The translations under genes and the position numbers were made by a program. Below, one piece after another: positions 1 through 6,873 of a stretch of DNA of 32,000 nucleotides. Source of the stretch: Patescibacteria group bacterium (GTDB lineage Bacteria; Patescibacteriota; Minisyncoccia; RBG-13-40-8-A); NCBI GenBank assembly GCA_022705575.1, contig JAKJED010000004.1, positions 1 through 32,000 on the forward strand. The letters are read 5' to 3'. The notes under the pieces were generated by a model. It had not been told where the DNA came from, did no database searches, and saw nothing but the letters and a program-made list of their open reading frames with translations. Within the stretch, counting starts at the first letter, position 1, and the number at the start of each line of letters is the position of its first letter.

Positions 1-2
1 CA

Positions 3-1280
3 GTACAAAATACTCCGACTTGTTCGATTTATGCAAGTCCGAGTTCGATTACCAATGGAAATTATTCAACTTTGAATTGGACTTCAAGCAATGCCACATC
101 TTGTTATGCTTCAAATGCTTGGAGCGGAAACAAATCATTGTCCGGAAGTCAGTCAGTTTCTCCGAGCAATAATTCTACCTATGCTTTGATTTGCTCTAAT
201 GGATATTATTCAACCACATGTTCGGCAACAATTGATGTAACTACAGTTTATAATAATCCTAATTTAAGCATTGAAAAATTAGTCAGAAATACCACTAACA
301 GCAATACAAGTTTTTACGATACGGTTAATGCTAATCTTGGAGATGAGGTGGAATTTTTGATTAAAATTAATTCTATTGGCACGGGAACTGTTTATAATGC
401 AAAAGTTAAAGATATTTTACCTTCTGGATTAACATATGTTTCTGGCAGCGCAACTGTTAATGGTTCTTATCTTGTTGATGGAATTATAAACGGATGGATT
501 TCAATTGGAGACATAATTCAAGGAAGTTCAAAAGAAATTAAATTTAAAGCAAAAGTTTCTTCAGTAATTCCGGGAGTTTCCGGCGGATCAGCAACAATTA
601 ATGTTACAAATCAAAATATTCAGACATCAAACAATGTTTCTATTTCTACATCAGGAAGAAACATTACTCGTAATGGCAATTGGGGTAATTCATTTCAGGC
701 ATATTATGGCGATGAAGCTGAATTTTCAGTTCAAGTCATTAATAATACTGCTTATTCTTTGACTAATGTTATTATTAAAGAAACAATGCCGTCGAATCTT
801 TCGTTGATTAAAAACAGTACCGCTGTTGATGGTATGAATTGGGGTGGTGATATTATTGGTGCAGGATTAAATTTAGGAACTCTTGCTCCGGGGCAATCAA
901 AGACAATAAAATTTAGAGTCACGGTTTTAGAACAAACATCCAATGCGGGCGGGTCAGTTACTTTGACAAACACCGCATATGCAAGCGCGGATAATGTTTC
1001 GCAGCTTTACGATAATGCATCTATCATTATCAGCTCTGGAGATGTTTTAGGGGCAATAACTGTTGCTACTGGTATGAATTTATTCGGATTAATTTTTTTG
1101 GTGATTGTTAGTTGTTTGATTGCAATTGTTGTTTATTGTCGAGTACGAGAAGATAAATTATCAGGATATCTTAGCAAAGAAAAGGGAAATAGATTTTTGA
1201 AATGGTTGATAGGTTTATATTTCAACATCAAATTAAGATTTAAGCTTGCGAATTTAAGATTCAAACAAGTTTATCTTTAA
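3..1280 (+). CDS. Cell-surface repeat protein, C-terminal portion (5' end lies upstream of the window); two DUF11-like repeat domains plus a C-terminal membrane anchor
   Basis: Frame 3 is open from nt 3: VQNTPTCSIYASPSS... precedes the TTG at 72 used by the ORF track. Cys/Ser/Asn-rich modules. A pattern typical of DUF11 conserved-repeat domains occurs twice: LGDEVEF...YNAKVKDILPSGLTYVSGS and YGDEAEFSV...NVIIKETMPSNLSLI. The hydrophobic helix LFGLIFLVIVSCLIAIVVY is followed by a ~45-aa basic tail. Confidence 0.7.
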   Translation, partial: VQNTPTCSIYASPSSITNGNYSTLNWTSSNATSCYASNAWSGNKSLSGSQSVSPSNNSTYALICSNGYYSTTCSATIDVTTVYNNPNLSIEKLVRNTTNSNTSFYDTVNANLGDEVEFLIKINSIGTGTVYNAKVKDILPSGLTYVSGSATVNGSYLVDGIINGWISIGDIIQGSSKEIKFKAKVSSVIPGVSGGSATINVTNQNIQTSNNVSISTSGRNITRNGNWGNSFQAYYGDEAEFSVQVINNTAYSLTNVIIKETMPSNLSLIKNSTAVDGMNWGGDIIGAGLNLGTLAPGQSKTIKFRVTVLEQTSNAGGSVTLTNTAYASADNVSQLYDNASIIISSGDVLGAITVATGMNLFGLIFLVIVSCLIAIVVYCRVREDKLSGYLSKEKGNRFLKWLIGLYFNIKLRFKLANLRFKQVYL

Positions 1281-1307
1281 TAAAATAATTTCTATTCTCG
1301 AAAATAC

Positions 1308-1338
1308 AAAAATCCTCTGCGACCACAGAGGATTTTTG
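1308..1338. terminator. Bidirectional rho-independent terminator between convergent genes
   Basis: The stem ATCCTCTG (1312-1319) pairs with CAGAGGAT (1326-1333). An A-run lies on the left and a T-run on the right, between the stop at 1280 (+) and the stop at 1364 (-). Confidence 0.75.
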
Positions 1339-1363
1339 TATTGTATCGGATTAATAAAATGTA

Positions 1364-1585
1364 TTACATTTGATATACATCAATTTTTCTGTTTTTTACT
1401 TTTTCTTTACTGATTTCTATTTTTCTCAAAAACATTTCTAATTGTTCGGTTTTATAAACGCGATAATTATTTAAAGGGTGGCGGTAGGCTTTTAATTTTC
1501 CATTTTTGTCCCAGTTTCTTAATGTAAGCGGAGTGACATGTAAAAGTTTTGCTGCCCGTTTAATTGTATAATATTTTTGTTGCAT
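1364..1585 (-). CDS. Small MerR/excisionase-type helix-turn-helix DNA-binding protein (73 aa)
   Basis: YTIKRAAKLLHVTPLTLRNWDKNGKLKAYRHPLNNYRVYKTEQLEMFL matches the MerR-family/HTH_17 N-terminal HTH-wing pattern. There is no effector domain. Confidence 0.75.
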   Translation of the reverse strand: MQQKYYTIKRAAKLLHVTPLTLRNWDKNGKLKAYRHPLNNYRVYKTEQLEMFLRKIEISKEKVKNRKIDVYQM

Positions 1586-1591
1586 AAGACA

Positions 1592-1600
1592 TTATTAACA
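1592..1600 (-). promoter_or_regulatory. Candidate extended -10 (TGtTAATAA) placed 6 nt upstream of the ATG at 1585, implying a leaderless transcript
   Basis: The minus strand reads TGTTAATAA-tgtctt-ATG, with no Shine-Dalgarno sequence in between. Confidence 0.4.
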
Positions 1601-1622
1601 ATTGAGGTATTGCATTAATAAA

Positions 1623-1648
1623 ATTTATGTTATAATTATAACATAAAT
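1623..1648. promoter_or_regulatory. Perfect 26-bp palindrome, candidate operator
   Basis: ATTTATGTTATAATTATAACATAAAT equals its own reverse complement. It sits in the divergent region between the HTH gene (ATG 1585, minus) and the 1743 (+) gene. Confidence 0.5.
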
Positions 1649-1742
1649 AAAAATTAATAAAATATTTACCCCATTAAATTTTGCATAGCGAAAATTATAA
1701 AGAGGAATTATTTTAAAAAATAAATATAAAGTAAACAAAAAT

Positions 1743-4166
1743 ATGGAAAACGAAAATATGCAATCTCCAAAATTATCTATTTTTGCCAGATTAAATATTT
1801 TTAAATCAACAATCGGCAAAGACATTTTAAATGAAGCGATTAAAAAAATTATTTATGTGTTGGTGTTTTTAATTCCGATATGGTTTTTGCCGATTACTAT
1901 TAATGCGGTGGAGTTGAATAAGCAGGTTGTAATGGTTTTATTAATTATCGCAAGTTTGATTTTGTGGTCAATAAAAATTTTGAATCGCGGAGAAATAAAA
2001 TGGAAAAGTAATATTTTAAATGTTGCTTTTGGAGTTTTTGCATTAATTTGCATTATTTCGACCATATTTTCAATTAGGCCTTATGGAAGTTTGGTTGGCT
2101 GGTCTGATCACTTGAGTGGTAGCTTAATCAATATTTTATGTTTTATCGCGCTGTATTTTTTGATTGTAAATAATTTTAAAGAATTAAAAGAAACTTTCAA
2201 TCTGCTTTTCATTTTCACTGTTTCTTCGGCAATAGTTTCTGTAATTGGAATGTTGCAGATTTGGGGTAAATTTATTCTTCCGTTTGGAATTACTAAAATA
2301 ATTTCGTTTAATACCATTGGTTCGGTAAATACTTTAGGCATTTTTGTTGCCGTAATGACAATATTGATTACAGCAATGTTATTTATGGTTAAACGAAAAG
2401 GAATCAAATTATTTCTTATATTACTCGGATTATTAAATATCTTTATTTTAATTAGTATTAATTTTTGGGTGCTATGGCTGGTTTTAGGGGTGGGAATGAT
2501 AATTATTTTATTGTTTGGTTTAATGCAGATGGTTAAGCTTGGCGAAAAAATAAGCTGGATTGCTCTTCCTATAACATTGTTGGCAGTTGCGTTGATTTTT
2601 TTGTTTTTTAGACCAGTGCTTCCGCTCAGGCCGAATTTGCCGATAGAGGTTGGTTTGAGTTATAAAAGCGGATTATCGATTGTTGGAAATGTTCTTCGTC
2701 ATAATCCCATTATTGGAACCGGGCCAGAAACATTTGTGTTTAATTACGCAAAATATAAACCAGAAGGCATAAATCAAACAGCGTATTGGAATGTAAGATT
2801 TTTGAACGCACCGGCGAAAATTTATTCTTTAGCTTCTGATTTAGGAATTTTAGGACTATTGGGATTTTTAGCGATTATAATTATTTTTGCGGTTAAAGCA
2901 ACAAAAAATCTTATAAAAGAAAAAGAAGAAAGCAATATTTTGAAAAGATTTTTAAGTATAGGATTTTTTGCAGCATGGATTGGCATTGCCGTGTGTTGGT
3001 TTATCTATTCTCAAAATCTTGTTTTGATGTTTGTATTCTGGTTATTATTGAGTTTATTTTTGACAGAAGAATCAACGTCTAAAGAAAAAGTTTATGATCT
3101 TAAAAAATCTCCAAAAATATTATTAATTGCCAGTATTTCTTTTATGGTAATTATAGTTTTGGTTATTGGGTTGTTGTATGTTATTGGCACAAAATATATC
3201 GCAGAAATAACATATAAACGAGGCGTAAGCTTGATTGAAACCAATGAAAATGTTAACAATGGATTAAATAAAATTATAAAATCTACAATAATTAATCCTC
3301 ATGAAGATAATACTTATAAGGTTTTATCGCAATTGTTTATTTATAAATTGGAACAGGATGCAGTTAATACCGCATTAACGCAAGCAGAAAGGGCCAATAT
3401 TGTTCAAACAGACGCAATGAGCGCTATTAATTCCGCTATGCAAACAACCAATCTTTCTCCTCGGGATGCCTCAAATTGGTTATTGCGTGGTCAGGTTTAC
3501 AGAAAATTGATGGCGATTATTGACGGTGCTTCGGATTGGGCAGAATCTTCGTATAACAAAGCAATTGAATTTGAACCGTCAAACCCTTTTGTTTATCTTG
3601 AATTGGGTCGTTTATACGCGAACAAAGCGGACATGATTGTAGAAAAAGCTCGCAATGATCAAGAAACAAGGAAAACATGGAATGAATATATTGCAAAAGC
3701 AATGGAAAACTTTAATAAATCAATTGAATTGAAAATAAATTATTCCGATGCTTATTATGAACAGTCAAAAATTTATGACAGACAAGGAAAAATAGCGGAA
3801 GCAATTCAAAAACTTGAAATTAATAGGCAATTGTCTCCAAGCGACAAAAACATTGCTTTTCAATTAGCGGTATTGTATTATCGTTCGGAAAAATTCAAAC
3901 AAGCGAAAGCCGAATTTATCAGAGCAATTGTTTTGGATGATAATTTTTCCAATGCAAGATATTTTTTGGGATTATTGTATGATTGGGAAGGGGACAGAGA
4001 ATCAGCATTTGATCAATTTGACAGAATTGCGGAACTTAACCCAGACAATGAGCAGATTAAAGACATATTGGAGAATTTAAATGCAGGCAAACCGGCGTTG
4101 GGAAAACCGATTAGCGCAAAAACTCCCGCTGAATTATTGGTGGAAGAGCAACCGATTAATCAATAA
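1743..4166 (+). CDS. Polytopic membrane protein with an O-antigen-ligase (Wzy_C)-like core and C-terminal TPR repeats
   Basis: About 12 hydrophobic helices over aa 30-480. A NPIIGTGPETF loop motif resembles the O-antigen ligase/polymerase family. The C-terminal ~300 aa carry repeated TPR-like A..Y..A..L.P.N / Y..LG.Y modules. The start could also be the ATG at 1758. Confidence 0.75.
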   Translation: MENENMQSPKLSIFARLNIFKSTIGKDILNEAIKKIIYVLVFLIPIWFLPITINAVELNKQVVMVLLIIASLILWSIKILNRGEIKWKSNILNVAFGVFALICIISTIFSIRPYGSLVGWSDHLSGSLINILCFIALYFLIVNNFKELKETFNLLFIFTVSSAIVSVIGMLQIWGKFILPFGITKIISFNTIGSVNTLGIFVAVMTILITAMLFMVKRKGIKLFLILLGLLNIFILISINFWVLWLVLGVGMIIILLFGLMQMVKLGEKISWIALPITLLAVALIFLFFRPVLPLRPNLPIEVGLSYKSGLSIVGNVLRHNPIIGTGPETFVFNYAKYKPEGINQTAYWNVRFLNAPAKIYSLASDLGILGLLGFLAIIIIFAVKATKNLIKEKEESNILKRFLSIGFFAAWIGIAVCWFIYSQNLVLMFVFWLLLSLFLTEESTSKEKVYDLKKSPKILLIASISFMVIIVLVIGLLYVIGTKYIAEITYKRGVSLIETNENVNNGLNKIIKSTIINPHEDNTYKVLSQLFIYKLEQDAVNTALTQAERANIVQTDAMSAINSAMQTTNLSPRDASNWLLRGQVYRKLMAIIDGASDWAESSYNKAIEFEPSNPFVYLELGRLYANKADMIVEKARNDQETRKTWNEYIAKAMENFNKSIELKINYSDAYYEQSKIYDRQGKIAEAIQKLEINRQLSPSDKNIAFQLAVLYYRSEKFKQAKAEFIRAIVLDDNFSNARYFLGLLYDWEGDRESAFDQFDRIAELNPDNEQIKDILENLNAGKPALGKPISAKTPAELLVEEQPINQ

Positions 4167-4170
4167 ATAA

Positions 4171-4398
4171 ATGTGTTTAAGTGTTCCTGTTAAGATATTA
4201 GAAATAAAAAATAATAAAGCCGTTGTTGAAATAAATGGCAATAAGCAGGGAGTGGGGATTGACTTGATTCCTGAAATAAGAGAGAATGATTATTGTCTGG
4301 TTAGCAACGGTTTTGTTGTTAAAAAGATATCTGCCAAAGAAGCAGAAGAGATCTTTAAAATTTTAAAGCCCGTTAAAAACGAGGCGAAAGGAAAATAA
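4171..4398 (+). CDS. hypC: [NiFe]-hydrogenase maturation chaperone HypC/HupF family
   Basis: N-terminal MCLSVPVKILEI (the essential Cys2 motif MCL.VP), a beta-barrel-like core, DYCLVSNGFVVKKISAKEAEE matching the family C-terminal block, and 75 aa. The ATG lies 4 nt after the upstream stop. Confidence 0.8.
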   Translation: MCLSVPVKILEIKNNKAVVEINGNKQGVGIDLIPEIRENDYCLVSNGFVVKKISAKEAEEIFKILKPVKNEAKGK

Positions 4399-4403
4399 AC
4401 AAA

Positions 4404-4712
4404 ATGAAATACACCACGCAAGCATTAGATTTGATGAAAAAATATACAGTCAAGTGTAAAATTAATTGGGATAACTTAGATGGTACGATATTCCAATTTC
4501 ATATAGAAAGTCGTGCTAAACAATTGGGTTTAAATGAAATTACGGTTAATGTCGTAAGGTGGTATTGGTTAGAAAAGCACAACGAGGTGCTTGAAAATCT
4601 TTATGTTGCTGGCAAAATCGAAGAAGATGAAAAAAATTATTGTAAAACATTTGTTAAAAACAGAGAAGTGTTTCATAGAGATGAGTTTATTGAAAAATTG
4701 GAGGGCGTATAA
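4404..4712 (+). CDS. Hypothetical protein (102 aa), no recognisable family
   Basis: Clean ORF 5 nt after the hypC stop, with coding-like composition. It has only 2 Cys and no TM segment or signal peptide. A hairpin plus T-run follows it. Confidence 0.55.
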   Translation: MKYTTQALDLMKKYTVKCKINWDNLDGTIFQFHIESRAKQLGLNEITVNVVRWYWLEKHNEVLENLYVAGKIEEDEKNYCKTFVKNREVFHRDEFIEKLEGV

Positions 4713-4740
4713 AAATTAATATCGCCCTCTTTTAATTTTT
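4701..4740 (+). terminator. Rho-independent terminator overlapping the stop codon of the 102-aa ORF
   Basis: GAGGGCG (4701-4707) pairs with CGCCCTC (4723-4729) across a 15-nt loop, followed by TTTTAATTTTT. Confidence 0.55.
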
Positions 4741-4748
4741 GCTATAAT
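4740..4748 (+). promoter_or_regulatory. Extended -10 (TGcTATAAT) 6 nt upstream of the small-subunit ATG, implying a leaderless transcript
   Basis: TGCTATAAT-ataaat-ATG(4755). There is no Shine-Dalgarno sequence, and it lies directly after the terminator hairpin. Confidence 0.5.
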
Positions 4749-4754
4749 ATAAAT

Positions 4755-5531
4755 ATGATTGAAATAAAAAGAAAACCAGTAATCGCAATTTTATCCTTAA
4801 CCTGCTGTGAAGGTTGCCAGGTTGCGATTTTTGATTTAGGTGAAAGGTTCCTAGAATTTTTAACTAAAGTAAATATTGGAGATTTTAGATTGGCCGAAGA
4901 TTTGCCCGATGTTGATAAATACGACATCGCAATCGTTGAAGGAACAGCAATTACTAAAGAGCAAAAAAGAAAACTTAAAATAATCAGAAAAAAATCAAAA
5001 ATTGTCGTTGCCATTGGAGCTTGCGCTTTGCTCGGAGGTCCGCAGGAAATAAAAGATTACCGAGGAGATAAAAAAGCATTGATTAGGCAGATTTATCCGA
5101 ATGTAAGAGGAATTAATAATCCAAATGTGAAATCAATTAAAGAAATGATAAAAGTTGATTATGAAATTCCCGGATGTCCGATAAATAAGGAAGAATTTTT
5201 CAGAATTATAAACGAGATTTTGGAAAATAAAATTCCAAAAATAGAACAAAAGTCGGTTTGTGAAGAATGCGTCAGAAAAAACAAAATGTGCTTGCTTTTG
5301 ATTGGGAAGCCGTGTTTGGGAGCAATAACTTTGGCTGGTTGCGGAGCGCCATGCCCAAAAAATAATTTTCTTTGCGATGGATGTCGTGGACCAAAACAGA
5401 AAATAAATTTAGAGGCAATGAAAAAAGCGCTAAAAATTAAATGCCGATTGGATGATAAGAATATTGAAATGTTGTTACAAAGATTCGGCAAGCGTAATGA
5501 ATTAAAAATTAGCGATATTAATTATAAATAA
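4755..5531 (+). CDS. [NiFe]-hydrogenase small subunit, cytosolic group 3 type (delta-like)
   Basis: LTCCEGCQ, GACALLGGP and IPGCP supply the proximal-cluster Cys ligands. The C-terminal 8-Cys block CEEC..C..C..C..C..C..C fits two more 4Fe-4S clusters. There is no twin-arginine signal. Length is 258 aa. Confidence 0.85.
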   Translation: MIEIKRKPVIAILSLTCCEGCQVAIFDLGERFLEFLTKVNIGDFRLAEDLPDVDKYDIAIVEGTAITKEQKRKLKIIRKKSKIVVAIGACALLGGPQEIKDYRGDKKALIRQIYPNVRGINNPNVKSIKEMIKVDYEIPGCPINKEEFFRIINEILENKIPKIEQKSVCEECVRKNKMCLLLIGKPCLGAITLAGCGAPCPKNNFLCDGCRGPKQKINLEAMKKALKIKCRLDDKNIEMLLQRFGKRNELKISDINYK

Positions 5532-5591
5532 CATGCAAATTTACAAATATTGGTAAATTAGTCTTAATTAATAATTAGTATTGAGTTTTGT

Positions 5592-6872
5592 ATGAAGCTA
5601 AGAATAGATCATATTGCAAAAATTGAAGGACATGCGAGTTTTACCGCTGACATTGTCAACGGAGATGTGCGTGCAGCAAAAATAAAAATTGAAGAAGGCG
5701 CACGGTTGTTTGAAGGAATTATGCAAGACAGAAAAGATGAAGAAATTCCGGAGATAGGTTCACGAATTTGTGGAGTGTGCCCGGTTGCGCACAGTTTTGC
5801 CGGATTTAAAGCAATTGAAAAAGCATATAATATTGAAGTTGCAGAGACGGCATTGTCTTTAAGAAAATTAATGGCACTGGGTCAGTTGATAAATAGTCAT
5901 GCTTTGCATTTATTTTTCTTTTCTTTGTCCGACTTTTTTGGATTTAAAAGTGATTTGCAATTAATTAATGCTTATCCGGAAAAAACCAATGACGCAGTTA
6001 AAATTAGGGATTTGGGCAATAGGTTGGTTGAAATAATCGGTGGGCGTTCCGTGCATCCTTTAACTCCATGTATTGGTGGAATAAGTAAAGCGCCGGATAT
6101 AGATGAATTAAAACAAATTTTGAATGACTTTCAAAATAATTTGGAATTGGCAGTTAAATTAGGAGAATTGTTTGTTGATTTAAAATATCCTGAATTTGAA
6201 AGAAAAACGACTTTTGTTTCTTTTTATAACCCAAACGAATATGCAATTTATGACGGACAGATTAGGGTTGACGATAAATTAATGCGTCAAGAAGAATTTG
6301 CGTCTTTAATAAAAGAAATTCAAAAAGACAATGACCCCGCAAAGAGAAGTTATTTTGCAGACAAAACTTATATGGTTGGCGCTTTGGCGCGATTAAATAA
6401 TCACGGTTATCAGTTAAATCGATATGCAAAAGAATTATTGAAAAAATCAGAATTGAAATTTCTTGTCTCGCCGAATAGCGGATTATGTTATAATCCTTTT
6501 TATAATATTTTGGCGCAGGCGATTGAGGTAGTGCACTGTTTTGAAGAAGCAATTAAAATTTTAAGTGAGTTGATTAAAGAAGATAAAATTGAAATCGTGG
6601 AAACAAAAACACAAAATAGAACAGGTGAGGGATTGGGAGCTTTTGAAGCACCGAGAGGGTTGTTGTTTTATGATGTTAAAATTAAAGAGGGAATTGTAGA
6701 AAAAGTGAATATTATTTCTCCAACTTGCCAAAATCTTGCAAATTTAGAAGCGGATTTGGAAGAATTTGAACATATGAATGGTTTTGATAATTTAAACACT
6801 GACGAACGTAAAGAAAAAATTAAAATGTTAATCAGGGCGTATGATCCGTGTGTAACATGCGCCGTTCATTGA
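5592..6872 (+). CDS. [NiFe]-hydrogenase large (catalytic) subunit, group 3 type
   Basis: N-terminal IEGHA, the L1 motif RICGVCPVAH and the L2 motif DPCVTCAVH immediately followed by TGA. The 426-aa length is typical of group 3 alpha subunits. Confidence 0.9.
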   Translation: MKLRIDHIAKIEGHASFTADIVNGDVRAAKIKIEEGARLFEGIMQDRKDEEIPEIGSRICGVCPVAHSFAGFKAIEKAYNIEVAETALSLRKLMALGQLINSHALHLFFFSLSDFFGFKSDLQLINAYPEKTNDAVKIRDLGNRLVEIIGGRSVHPLTPCIGGISKAPDIDELKQILNDFQNNLELAVKLGELFVDLKYPEFERKTTFVSFYNPNEYAIYDGQIRVDDKLMRQEEFASLIKEIQKDNDPAKRSYFADKTYMVGALARLNNHGYQLNRYAKELLKKSELKFLVSPNSGLCYNPFYNILAQAIEVVHCFEEAIKILSELIKEDKIEIVETKTQNRTGEGLGAFEAPRGLLFYDVKIKEGIVEKVNIISPTCQNLANLEADLEEFEHMNGFDNLNTDERKEKIKMLIRAYDPCVTCAVH

Positions 6873-6873
6873 T

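Noticed and set aside
1623-1648. The 26-bp palindrome considered as a Xer dif site.
   Set aside because: dif sites have ..CATAA-6 bp-TTATG.. with the conserved ends facing a 6-bp central region. Here the TTATGT/ACATAA ends face outward, the element is perfectly symmetric, and it sits 16 kb from the polarity switch. An HTH operator is the more economical reading.
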